From Cyanophora paradoxa CCMP329 (lineage: Eukaryota; Plantae; Glaucophyta): 64,000 nt of DNA. The stretch lies in assembly GCA_004431415.1 (NCBI GenBank), contig QPMI01000569.1, forward strand, positions 186,001-250,000. Direction: 5' to 3'. The notes under the pieces are model-generated. The model saw only the letters and a program-made list of their open reading frames with translations. It did not search any database and was not told the DNA's origin. The position numbers and the translations under genes were made by a program. Shown here in pieces: positions 42,581-55,100 of the stretch (positions within the stretch are counted from its first letter, which is position 1; each line of letters starts with the position of its first letter).

Positions 42581-45500
42581 ATGGCGCCGAAGAGGGCGGG
42601 GGCCGGCGGCTGGGCCTCCGGCTCGCAGGCCGGCTCGCAGAGCAGCGCGGGGAAAAGCTCCTACCTGAGCCAAGGCAGCCAGGTCAGGCCGCCGCCGCCC
42701 GCCCAAGTCGGCCGCGCAGCGCTCGAGTCCGGTCCGGCCGAGGCGGCAAGCATTAACGCCCGCCGGCGCCGCGGGGCCGCGCAGGCGCACGGCACGCTGG
42801 GGGAGATCAACTACCGCCTGGAGCAGTTCAAGGTCGCCGTGTGTGCGTGCAGCTCCCCGTTCAAGTTTTCGGCCTTCCCCCCACAGCATGAGCAGCGTTT
42901 AACGTTCGCTGCGCTCTCGCACAGACGGAGTCGCTCTAATCGCCAACAAAGACACGGACCGCTCTCTGCGATGGCGAATCTTCGACCTGACAATTCAGGC
43001 GCGCCGCTGTGGCGCTGCCCTCCCATGGCCACTTGCCGGCGTCGCCGACGCCGCAACCGCCCGCAGACGCTCTCCATAGTGCTGGTGCCCCTCACGCTCA
43101 GCGACTGGGGCGTCGGCTGGGGCGGCCCCTGGCAGCCCATCGGCGAGTACCTCCACGGCTACCTCAAGTTCGACCACTGGGAGTACCGCAAGTGCGTACC
43201 CCCAGGCTCCCCCCTCCCTTCCAAAGCAAGCCGATCTTTCCCCACAGCTTCCTGGCGCTCTGGGCGGCGGTCGTGGCGCTCGTGGGGCTGGCGGTCCTCG
43301 ACGTGGCGTACGTCGGCTACGCCTTCACCCAGCACAAGTATGGAACCCGTACCCCCCGCCGCTTCATCCCCCTCACTTCCCCCTCCGCCAGGTTCTCCTT
43401 TAAGTTCCCCCTTCGGTACCTGCGGATCGCGGGCCACGCCCTACCCACCGCGGGATTCGTACCCATCAGTGCGCCCCCCCCCCCTCCCCCCCCTTCGGGC
43501 CGCTGCTGAGTCGCTTCTTTCGCCGCAGTTGTCGTGCTGCTGGAGATGTGGGACTGCCCCTCCCTCGCGGCGGGGCCCGCCCCGCACATGTCCTTCCCCA
43601 AGGTAGCCCCGCCCCCCTCCCCCCCCCTCTCCGCCTCGTTTCGACGGCGCCGCCCTCCCCCGCAGGAGCTGACGTGCTGGAGCGGCTCGCACTCCGTCCT
43701 CGTCGCCGTCAGGTGCGCCCCGCCGGGCCGCCCAGGCCGCCCCGCCGCGAGCCGGTGCCGGCCCGACACGGCGCCGTACCCCCCAGCACGGTGGCGGTGG
43801 TGGCGTACGTGGCCCTCTGCCTCGGCTTCGTTCTCTTCTTCTACGAGGTCGACCCCCGCAAGCGCAACAACTGGACGGCGCGCCGCCTCCCCGCCCCGCC
43901 CCGCCCCGCCCCGCCCCGCCCCGCCCCGGCGTCCTCTGCTGAGCGCGGGGGGGCAGGCGCGGCCGCACGCGCGCTCGGAGCTCGCCTCCCTCGTCGCCCT
44001 CCTCGCCGCCGCCGTCCGCCCCCGCGCCCCGTCCCCGCCCCGCCCGCTCCGCTCCGCCCCGACCGAGCCGGGGGCGGGGCGCAGGTGGCCCTCTCCTCGT
44101 CGGCGATCCCGCACGTGGCCGAGGGCCTCCTCTGCCTCGCCACCGGCGCCTTTGCCCTCTGGCCCGCCCCGGCCCCGCCCCCCCTCCGCCTCGGCCCCGG
44201 CCGCCCCGCCCTCGCCCTCTGGAAGATAACACGGCGCAGGTCGGTCTTCACGTACTTCGCGTACTACCTGCACTGGATGAACTGCCTGCGGGCCGCCGCG
44301 TACGCCGCCTACACCTGGGTCCGTCCACCCCGCCCCGCCCCGCCCCGCGCCGGCGAGCCTTGCTCCCCCTTCTCACCGGGGCGCCCCGCGGGGCCCGCAG
44401 GTCGCCTTCTTCATCTTCATCGAGGGCCGCTACAAGGCCGACCTCCGCCACGTCCGCCCCCCCGCCCCGAGCCGCCCAGCCCCGCCCCGGCCCCGGCCCC
44501 GCCCGCCCCGAGCCGGCCGGCCGGCGGCGCAGCACGGCTCGCCGGGGGCCTTCTACGCGATCATGCTCGTCGGCGCCCTCGCCGCCGCCGCCGCCGGCTG
44601 GTGCCCGCGCCCCCTCTTCAACCCTTGCTCCCCGCCGTGCGCCGCCCTCGCTGACCGCGGGGCTCGGGCAGGTACGCGGCGGACCGCTTCTTCGTGCGCA
44701 TGCACCTGCGCGGGGGCGCCTTCGGCCTCCGCATGGCCCGCCCCTGGCACGTCGAGGTGCGGCCCCCGGCCCCGCCCCGCCCTCCCCCGCCTGGGCCCCC
44801 ACACGCCACCCCCCGCGCGCAGCTGGGTACGCGGTTCCTGCACGCGGACCGCTCCAAGGCGGCGCTGGAGGTCGCCGAGGTCATCTTCCACCGCGGCCTC
44901 CAGCTCGTCCGCACCCCCTCTCCGCTTCTCCTCTCTCTTGTTCGAGCGCCGCGGCTCGCCGGCAGTTCCCGTACTCGGCGGCCGTGCGGGTGGCGTACGG
45001 CTCCTTCCGCCTCGAGGTCGACGACAGCCCCCAGATGGGTGCCCCTTCCCCTCCATTTGCTTCCTTTTCATTCCTTTCCCTTCCTTTCCTGAGCCGGGGG
45101 CGGGGGCCGGCAGGGTACCGGCAGTTCCAGGAGGCGGCGAAGCTCGGCCCCTTCCTCGACCTCGACTTCCAGGCGCGCCCTCCGATCCCCGGGCCCCGCC
45201 TTCTGCTCAACGAGCGGCGGCGGGCCGGCGGCGGGCAGGTGTGGCGGGCGGAGCATCAGCGCGTCTCGGACATGCAGGCGGGGGGCCTGGACTCGTCGGG
45301 CGGCCGCGGCGGCGGCGGGAAGCGCCGCGCCGGCGAGGAGGCCGACGCCCTCATCGGCTTCCTCGAGTTCCAGGCGCGTCGTACCCCCCTAAAGCCTCCC
45401 CCTCCTTTCTTTCCTGACGGGGCTCGCGCAGCGGGACATGGAGGGGGCGCGCAAGTACCACAAGGGCTGCGTCCGCGCCTTCAAGAAGCGCGCCGGGCCC

Positions 45501-48500
45501 CCGCCCTCCCCCCAACATCTCTCACGCCCCCTGATTGCGCCCCGCCCGCTCGCCGCAGGTTCTGGGGCCTGCTGGTGGCGGAGGACGTGACCCTCGCCCG
45601 CCTCGAGAAGGCCCGCCCGCCCCGCCCCCGGGCCCCTTGCCCCGGCCCCTCGCCTCGCGCTGAGCGCCGCGGGCACGGGCGCGCGCAGGCGGTCTCGACG
45701 ATCGACCACAACGAGACGCGGGCGCAGGCGCACTACCGGGCCCTCGTCGCCCGCTTCCCCAACAACCCCCGCATCCTCCGCTCCTACGGTCCGCCCTCCA
45801 GCGTGGGGTGGGGCCCCCGCCCCGAGTCCACCCAGCTGAACGCGGTCGGGTTCGAACCCTCGCAGCCAAGTTCCACGAGGAGGTGCTCAACGACCCGGCC
45901 GCCGCCCAGGACCTCTACGACGCCGCCGGTTCGAATCCCGCCGGGGCCCGTTTCCCTCGCTCCGCCCCGAGCCCCGCCGTGCGGCAGACGAGTTCGAGGA
46001 GACGGCGGCCGCTCAGACGAAGAAGGACGCCGGCAACGTGCGGAATCGAGCCCGCGCTCTCTTTAGAGCTCGGGTCTGACGCGGGGGCATCGCGCAGCTT
46101 GACGCGGACCTGGAGAGCGAGGCGGGGGAGGAGGGGGGCGCCGGGGCGGCCCAGGGCGCCCAGGTCGGCCCCCCCGCCCGCTCGCTGGAGCCCTCGACGC
46201 TGACGGCCCTTGCGCCGCGCAGGACGACAGCGTGCGGGCGGGGTACGCCCTCGCCTCCAGCATCGCCGCAGGCGCCGGCAGCGGCGGCGGCGGCGGTGGC
46301 GACTCCTCCTCGGCCGGCGGCAGCGGCAGGGGCGGCCGCGGGAACCGCAGGGCACGCCCCCCCCTCCCCCTCCCCCCCCCCCCCCCCTGTCCCCTTCCGG
46401 ACTCGAGCCCGGGCGCAGGTCTCGCTGGCCGGGGCGGCCCTTGCCGGCGGTGCCGGCGCCGGCGCCGGGGCCCTCGGGGGCGGCTTCGCCTCGATGGGCT
46501 TCGGGGGGCTGGTGCCCCCGGCGCCGGACCCGGCGGCGGAGCCGGCGGTGCCGCCCGACTCGATCCCGGACGGGCGGCGGCTCTCTGTCATGGCCCTCGA
46601 GAACCCGCGCCTCTCCGTCCCGCGCGGCTCCGTCACCGGCGTCGCCGCCTGGCTCGCCCAGGCCGCCCAGCCCGCCCCGACCCGCTCCCCCCACCGCTCC
46701 CCGGCCCCCTCCGCCCAGGTCCGCCCCCCCGAGGCCCAGCCGTACCCCCCCTGAACTCCTCCCCCCCTCCCCAGATGGAGCGGGAGACGGTGGTGACCGT
46801 CGGGCGCGACCTCGTCATCCGCAGCGCCGACGAGAAGGCGCGCCCCCCCCGCCTCCCTCCCCCGCCTCGTCCGGCTCCTCCCTGACCTGTGCCCCCTCGC
46901 CTTCAGTTCGCGCTGGTGTTCGGGGTCGGCGCGGAGGCGGCGGTGGGGCGGCCGCTGGGCGCCCTCGTGGCGGGCGTGCGGGCGGAGCCGGACGTGGAGC
47001 GGGAGAAGGCGGCCGGGGGCAACCTCCTGGCGGCGGCGCTGGGCGTCGAGATGGCCCTCGGGCAGACCCGCCGCCCCGGAGAAGTCCTCCTCCCCGTGCG
47101 CCGTACCCCCGCTCGGCTTGTTTCGGGCCCCTCCTTACGGAGGGCAGGACGGGTCGCGACGCGGGGCGCTCTTGACCGTGTGGCCGGCCGATGCCGCCCC
47201 CTCCGACTCGCCCTCCTCGGTCGCCTACCGGTGCGCCCTCGCCCAGACGTGCCGGCGCCCGAACCGAGCCCTCGCCCGCAGGCTCACCGTCCGGCGGACG
47301 GAGGCGGCCTCCCCGGCGGACGCCGCCCGCACGTCGCCGGCGCTGGCGGCGGCCCCCGCGCCGGCGCGGGCGGCCCCGCCGCCCGTCGGCCTCATCCGCC
47401 AGCGGAGCAAGACCACCAGCTTCCGCCTCCCCTCCGTCGACGACGGCGACGGCCCCGCCGCCGCCAAGCCGCCGCAGCAGCCGCCGCACCGGCCCCGGCC
47501 CCGGCGCCGCTCTCGGGGGGCAGGCGCGCCGCCCCTCTTCCGCCCTCACGCGCTCGCCGCTCACGGGGGGGCGCAGGGGGCCTCGTGGACGGCGAAGGGG
47601 GCGGGGGCGGCGGGCTCGCAGCGGCGCCTCCAGTTCGGCTCTTCGAGCGTCAAGGAGTTCAAGCTCGGCGAGCTCCCTTCGGGCGGGCCCGCCGTGCACG
47701 CCCTCGACAGCGCCCGCCCCGGCGCCCGCCCCGGCGCCGCCTCGCCGCCGGCCCCCGTGCTGCTGGGCGGGGAGGAGGAGGACTCGGCGCGCCTCGCCGA
47801 GGCCCTCCTCAAGGCCCCGGCCGCCTCGGGCGCCAAGGTGCGCGGCGAGGCGGCGCTGTGTGCGTGTGTGTGCGCGGGCGCTGAAGGCGGCGGGGCCGGC
47901 AGGGGACGCGGCGGGCGAGCATCGCGGACGCTGCGCGGCGCGAGGCCGTCGCCGAGTACGAGCCCGAGCCCCCCGCGGTGCCCTGCCCCTCTCTCCGCCC
48001 CCTCTCTGCTCCCTCCGCCGATGCAGGGCCGCGCTCATCTCCTCTCCGCCCGCCCGCCCGCAGGACGAGTGGGAGGCCGACGCCGACGGCAAGAGGTGCC
48101 CCTCGCCCTCTCCCGCGCCCCGCCCCGCCCCGCCCCGGCCCGTCTGAGGGGTGCCCGGGGGGCAGCGCGGGGCGGGGCTCGTCGGTGGCGCGCGCGAAGA
48201 GCATCAAGCGCCTCAACCGCCTCAAGCGCCGCCTCGCCGCCACCGGCGCCTCCGGTCCGCCCTGCGGCGCCCTGCGGGGCGGGCGCGCGGCGGCCTCACT
48301 CTGCCCTCCCGCCGGGGCAGACGAGGGGATCGGGCGGATGCGGCGGACGGTGCTCTTCGTCGTCGTCGTCCTCCTCGCCCTCGCCGTCGCCTTCTACTTC
48401 ACCGTCCGCCCGCCCCTCGCCGCTCGCTTCCGCACGCGAGGACCTCACCTGCGCGCCCCCAGGTGGACGGCCTGGTGTCGGTCTACGACAAGGGGATCGT

Positions 48501-50430
48501 GCGCGTCGGCGAGTCCTCGCGGCGGGCCCTGGAGGCCTGCTCGGCGCCCATCTACGGCCGCATGCTCGCCCTCGCCGGCCTCCCCGGCTGGCCCGTGCGC
48601 CCCGCAATTCCCCTTCCTCGGCCCCCGCCTCTTCCTCACCCCTCCGTCCCCCGCTAGGACCCGCACGGCGAGCTCGAGAAGCACGCCCGCGAGAAGCTCG
48701 GGTACCCCCGCCCCTCCCGTCGCCGCCCCGCCCCGCCCGGGCCCCCCGAGCCCCGGGGACCGGGCAGGGAGTACCTGGACGAGCTGGAGGAGTACCACCT
48801 GGACCTGCGCGACGTGGGGGCGCAGCTGCACGTCAAGCTCCACCGCGTGCGCCCGCCCGCAGCGCCCCTCCTTCGCCCGCCGACGGGTCCTCGCCCGGCA
48901 GGTGGTGAGCGACGACGGGCACGAGGTGGAGGACGACGCGCGCCTCTGGGACGCCGGCTTCGAGGTCCGCCCATCCCCCCCTTGCTTGGACGCCTCCTCG
49001 CACCGCACCGCATTCCACCCCCCGTCCTTCTTCTTCCCCGAGACCCCATCCTTTCATTCTATGCGCTTTCCCCTCCTCTCTGGCTCTAGGCCCGCTCCTC
49101 CCCCGCCCCCGGCCCGATCGCCGCGGCGCCGGCAGGTCATCGACTCCGGGCGGGACCTGCTGAAGTACCCCTCCTCGGCGGCGCTGCGGGCGGCGTGGCC
49201 GGACCCCCTGAGGAACCCGCGCTTCAAGTTCCTGTGCGCCGCAGCGCCCCGCCGGCGCCGACTCGGCCCGCCTGACGCCTCGCCGGCCGGCGCCTCGCCC
49301 GCCCAGGGTGGACAACGGGCCGACGACGATCTACGAGGCCTTCCTGGCGACGGCGCGCGAGGAGGACGAGCGCGCCTTCAAGGGCTTCGAGTCCATCCGG
49401 TGCCCCCCGCCCCCGCGCAGAGCAGGCCCCCGCAGACCCAGTCTCGGGGGGTCTAGAGCCGAGTCCCTGACACCCCCGCCCGCCCCCCCAGGATCTTCGT
49501 GGAGGTGATGCTGGCGGTGGCGAGGTGCCGCCTGTTGCTTTTATTGGTTTGAATCGGTCGAGCAATCATTTTACTGACGATGCAAACACCAGCGTCCTCT
49601 GCTTCGTGCTCGCCGTCTTCTTCTTCCGGTGCCCCGCGCCCCATCCCGCGCCCCGCCCCGCCCCGGCCGGCCTGACGCGCCCCGCCCGCCAGGCCGACGA
49701 TCCAGGCGGTGCGGCGGGAGAAGGAGGCGGCGCTGCGCCTCTTCTTCGACATCCCACCCGCCACCGTCCGCGCCATCGCCCGCGGCGGTCCGCCCCGCCC
49801 TCGCGGCGCCCCCCTCGCCCCGCGCGACGCCCCCGGGCAGCGGAGGCGCAGCGGGCGGGGCGGGGGAGGACTTCGACGAGGACCTCGACGACCTCAACTT
49901 CGAGGACGACGCGGCGCGCCCCCGGCCCCCCCTCGCGCCCCCGCCCCCGCCGGCCCTGACCCTCTGCTCGCTTGCGCCCCGCAGGACTTCGCGGACGACG
50001 CCGCCGTCCACGGCAAGAAGGCCTCCGCCAAGGTCTGCACCGCCCCCGCCCCGCCAGCCCCGCCCCGCCCGCCCGGGCCGGCCCGACGCCGGATGGCAGC
50101 GGAGCGACGACGGGGAGGGGGACGGGGAGCTGGAGGACGGGGCGGCGAGCGTCGGCGCGGGGGCCCACGCCTCCCGCGAGGAGGCCCGCAAGGTCGCCCC
50201 GCGCCGCCCCTCCTCCCCACCATGCCCCTCATTCTTTCCTCACCCCCCCCGGCAGGCGCGGAAGCTGCGGCGGATCTTCGAGCGGCGGGGCCGCAGCGTG
50301 GACCCCATCACGGTGCGCTACGTGGCGGCCTTCTTCACCCTCTTCCTCGCCTTCCTCGCCTGGTTCCTCGTGCGCCCCGCGGGCCCGAGCGGCCCCCGCC
50401 CTCGCCCACCGCCCCGGACCTGAGGCGCCG

Positions 50431-50461
<31 letters not shown>

Positions 50462-51921
50462 AGGTGTCGTACCTGACGAGCCAGAGCTGCGAGTACTTCA
50501 CCTCGGAGCGCGCCGCCGCCGGCCTCCGCCGCGCCGAGCGCAACCAGGTGCCCCGGCTCCGGCCTCCCCGGGCCCCGCTCCGACGCCGCCTGCGCTCACT
50601 GTCTCCGGGCGGCAGGTGCTCTACTACGCGCAGGAGCTCGTGGTGGACGCGACGGGCGTCTTCGGCGCCAAGTACGCTAAAGGTCCGCCCGCCCGCGCCC
50701 CTCCCCGGCCCCGCCCCTCCCTCCCTTCCCGGGCCCACGCGGCGCCGCTGCGCCCCGCGCCTCTCGCAGACTCGTACGTGAAGCACGCGGCGGAGGAGCT
50801 GAAGGAGGCGGTCGAGAAGCTCGAGCACGACCACCGCGACCTCCTCTACGGTGCGCGGCTCGAGGGCCGGCCCTCGCGCTCGCTCGAGGGCCGTTGCGAG
50901 CGCCCGCGTTTACACAGCTGCGAGTCTAGAGCCTCGGGGGGCGGGGGCTGACGCTCGGGGCGCAGGGAACGCGAAGGAGCACCTGCCGGGGAGCGTGCGG
51001 CGCTTCCCCGCGCAGGACCGCCTCCTCTTCGGGGTCGACTGCCTCGTCGTGCGCCACGCGTACCCCCGCGCGCTTCCCTCCCCCGTCGCCTCGCGACCCG
51101 GCCCCGCAGGAGCGGGAGGTGTGCCTGGCCGAGCGGGAGCGGGACGGGCACCGCTTCTACAACGGCATGCACCGCCTCCTCATGCTCTACATCACGGTGC
51201 CCGCGCCCCGGCGGGCCTGCCCTGCCCCCCCTCTCAGCTCACGGGGTGCCTCCCCGGCAGCACGCGCGCATGCTGGCGGCCTCCCCGCGGCACCTCCTCA
51301 CCCCGAACAACACCCACTACCAGGCGCGAGCAGCCGTTCCGCGTGCATTGCGGCCGCCGAACGCATTCTGACCCTCTGTCCCGCCCCCGCTCGCAGTTCA
51401 TCGTGTGGGCGGCGGAGGGCCCGCTGGACCTCGAGATGAAGCACTCCATCGACCTCTACGTCGACGAGGCCCACATCGTGCGCCCGCCCGCTGCATCCCA
51501 GCTCCAGCCCCGCGCGCCCCTCTGATCCGATGCGCCCCCGGCAGGTGCTGGGCCGCTTCATGACCTACCAGAAGCTCCTCGTCGCCGTCGCCTGCGTCAC
51601 CATCCTCGCCTGCTACCTGTCCGCCCCCGGCCCCTGTACCCCCCGCGCCGCGGCCTCTTGTGACGGGGGGGCGGGCGGGCGCGCAGGGGCGTCTTCCGCG
51701 GCATCATCCGCTCGGTCTCGGACGACGCGCGGCGCACCCTCTTCCTCCTCCTCATCATCCCCGCCGAGGCGCGCCCCCGCCCGCTCTGGCGCCCCGCTGA
51801 GCTCTCGCCGGCCCTAATTCGCTCGCGCCCTCGCCGGCAGGTGATCGACCAGGTGGAGAGCATCCGGGCGCACCTCATCCGCAAGGCCGCCGCCTCCGTC
51901 GCCGCCGGGCCCGCCTCCTGA
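42581..51921 (+). CDS. TmcB/TmcC-like (tiny macrocysts) multi-pass membrane protein with TPR-like and PAS domains, multi-exon
   Basis: N-terminal TM block (FPLRYLR, LTCWSGSH, ARPHARSE, MNCLR); VELGTRF; FPYSAAVRVAYG; FWGLL...AQAHYRALVARFPNNPRILRSYAKFHEEVLNDPAAA; PAS-like ETVVTVGRDLVIRSADEKFALVFG..AVGRPLGALV; C-terminal TMs ending LLLIIPAEVIDQVESIR...TGA 51919-51921. Confidence 0.82.
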
Positions 51922-52188
51922 TCGCCATCGCCCGAGTCGAGAGGAGGGCCCCCGCCCCGAGCCGTGTACAGCTGGTTCTGTATCCCCCCCCTCGACTTCC
52001 GCCCCGTCTCTCCACGAGCGGGTGGCCGCTACGTATATACGGACCCCCGTTTCGTGGAGGACCACGGCAGCCGATGAGCTTGCCTGTAATACGTATGCTG
52101 ACGAGTAGATTGATTAGCGCAAGTCCTCCGTTGTTTTATTAGCGTAATTACATACCTAGATGTTTCACGTATATGCCTTACACTATTG

Positions 52189-55100
52189 TTCGCTTTTGCA
52201 ATTCGTACTCTCGATGGCCTCATGGCCTTTTCCGGCCTCATGGCCCGCCCCTCGCAATCGATCCGATCTCCTCTCTTTCTCTCTTGCATGACTTTCTCGA
52301 TCTTGCAGGCCGCTGCTGCGTCCCCCTCGGGATCGGCGTGAGGCGTTCGGGCCCCCCATCGATTCCCGCTGCGTATCGCGGCGGGGTTGATCCCTCGGCC
52401 CTCCCCTCGCCCCCGGCCCTCGTTTTCTCTTCCGGCTCTTGGGCTTTGTCCCTCGAGCTGCACCACCCCCGTAAATGACGTTTAGGTTTCTTTCTCTGAA
52501 CGTAGCAGGCAAACTAGATCGAGCTTTTCATGATGTATTAGGCAAATCTTATCGTTCTTTTCTCTTTGATTGCCTCCGCGATAGTGCGCGGCATTCAGCT
52601 GTGTTCCTGCAGGAGACTCATGTTTCTTCTTCCTCATTATCCAAGCGCCTCGCGCGCGCCTGGGGATCGGCCCCCTCTTTTTGGTCTCATAACCCTAGTG
52701 GTCAGGCCACTCAGGGGTCGCCGCTCTCTTTCCTGGTGATTCCCCTTTTCAAATTCGGTTGTTGACTCCAGCTGATAGTCCTCGACTTCAACTTTTCTTG
52801 TTCGAGACCAAATTTGGTCCCATTTATTTTTGCAATGTATATGCTCCTACAGATGATTCCGAGCGTCGCGGTTTCTATGAAACTCTTCTTTATACTCTCG
52901 AGTCCGTGGTTCCTTTCGACAGCCGCCTCATCTTAGGAGGAGATTTTAATTTCCACGAGCTCCCCTCTGATGCTCCCGGCCCTAGTCGTGGAACCCCTCC
53001 CCCCGACGCCTTTGAGTTGATCCGAGCTCGTTATGGCCTTTTCGATGCCGGGCCTCACACTAGAGCGTGCTTTAAAACCTGGAGCCGGCCGCGGCCGGCG
53101 GCGGGACGATTGAGTCCCGGCTCGATTATTTTTTCCTCTCGTCCTCCCTCCGCGATTGGGCCGTCTCGCTTCGGCCGTGGACGGCTTACTCTGCAGTCGG
53201 CGAGCCACGCAATTCTGATCATATAGGCATCTATCTCACACTTAAAGCCCCCGGAATCTCTCGCCGTGGCCCCGGTCGCTGGCGCATGAACTGGGCGGCG
53301 TATGGCACATGCCCGGAATATTCTGGTTTCATTTCTACTATACTTCGTGACTGGCGCGCCGCGTGGCCATTAGTTACAGATCGCGTCCGTCGGTGGGACG
53401 CCCTCAAATCCGAGCTCCAGCGTCGTGTTCGGGCCTGGGAGCTTGATGAGAAGCGCAGGCGGAAGGACGCTTACATCTCCGCTGTTCGAGCTCTCGAGAC
53501 TCTCATCCGTCGCCACGCCGCTGGCTCTATTGATGATGTCGCTTTCCGTACACTGCGCTCTTCTATGATGCGCAGCTTGAATTCGCTTGTGTCTGACTAT
53601 GCCAGACAGCATTCACGCAAAGAAATTCGTTTTGCCGCAACTCAAGATGGACGGTCTAGTAAAGCTTTTTTTGAGCATTATTTACCGGATTCTCATGCTC
53701 AGTTCACGGAGGGGCTTCGGGCCCTCGACACCGAAGGCCCAGAGGCCGCGTCGGACGACCCCCGCACTTTGCTCGAGCTTTCTTCCGCCTATTACGCTCA
53801 ACTATATGACGGCGCTGCAGCTCAGGCCGTGGTTGATCGGTCGCTAGCTGAGCGGTCTGGCGTTGCCTCTCTCTATTCCCCTCACCGCCTGCTCCCTACT
53901 GAGTCTGCTGATCTTGACTCTGACTTATCGTCTGGAGAACTATTTCGTGCTTTTAAGGAGATGTCTGGCGGAGCCAAGTCTCCTGGCATCGATGGTCTCC
54001 CTGCTGAATTCTACGTTCACTTTTTTGATGAGATTGGCCCCGATTTCTGTGCTTACATCGCTGCTATGTATGAGTCTGGGCAGCCGTCCGAGTCTTTGCG
54101 GCACGTCCTCATTACTCCTATTACTAAACCGGCAACGGACCCTACTTTGATTGCAAATCGCCGCCCAATTTCTCTCTCTAATGTCGAAGAGCGTGCAGTC
54201 GAGCGCGCCCTCTCCAACCGCTTAACGCCACTCATGTCTGGTCTTGTATCCCGCTTTCAGTCTGGCTTTATTCATCGTCGGTCCGCAGTGCACCAGGTTA
54301 TGCTTGTTTATCTTCTCATGCATTACGAGGGCGGTAATCCTGCACTCGAACAGCTGTGCTTCGGATTTCTTGATTTTTCAAAAGCCTATGACCGCGTTAA
54401 CTGGAGCTTCCTTTTCTGGTCGCTCGAACAGTTCGGTTTCGGGTCCCAATTTATCAAGTGGGTCCGCCTGCTCTACTCTGATCTGCAGGGTTCTGTTCAC
54501 ATTAACGGCTGGACCTCCGCCCCTTTCCCCATTCGATGCGGTGTACGTCAGGGTGGCCCCTTTCGCCCTATCTATATAATTTGTGCACACACCTTTTAGC
54601 CCTTTTGATTAATGCTGATGCTCGTATACGAGGTGTCCGCTTGTCCTCTAGCTCTCTTTGCAAGGTGCTCCAGTTTGCAGACGACACTGTTCCTTTAATC
54701 TCGTCTTTTACCGAATTGCCTTTCTGGAAAGAGTGCTTTGATAAATACTGCCGGCTCTCTGGAGCTCTTATTAATCTCGAGAAATCTAGCCTTCTTCCAC
54801 TCCGCGATATCCCGCACATGCCTGGCCTAGCGTCGAGGACTGCCCCTGGCGGCGTCTTCAGGTGACGGATCTCCCTCCCGCTGAAAAAATTCGAAAATAC
54901 CTGGGCTTTCCACTAGAGCCCGATCTGTCTCGGTTCTGGCGGAAAAAGAACGCTGCTCTTGATATCCGTGTCCAGCAAGCGAAGACTTATCGCATGCCGA
55001 TGCGTTCCGGCGTTCTCCTTGCCTGGGCTGTATTTATTGGGTCCCTACATTATGCTCTATATTTGCTTGACCCCCTGATGCTCAGTATTCGACATGGCAA

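Noticed and set aside
27220-51500. Many long overlapping Pro/Arg/Gly/Ala-rich ORFs (300-760 aa) in the ORF track
   Set aside because: Stop-codon scarcity at very high GC; the real genes are short exons that switch frame.
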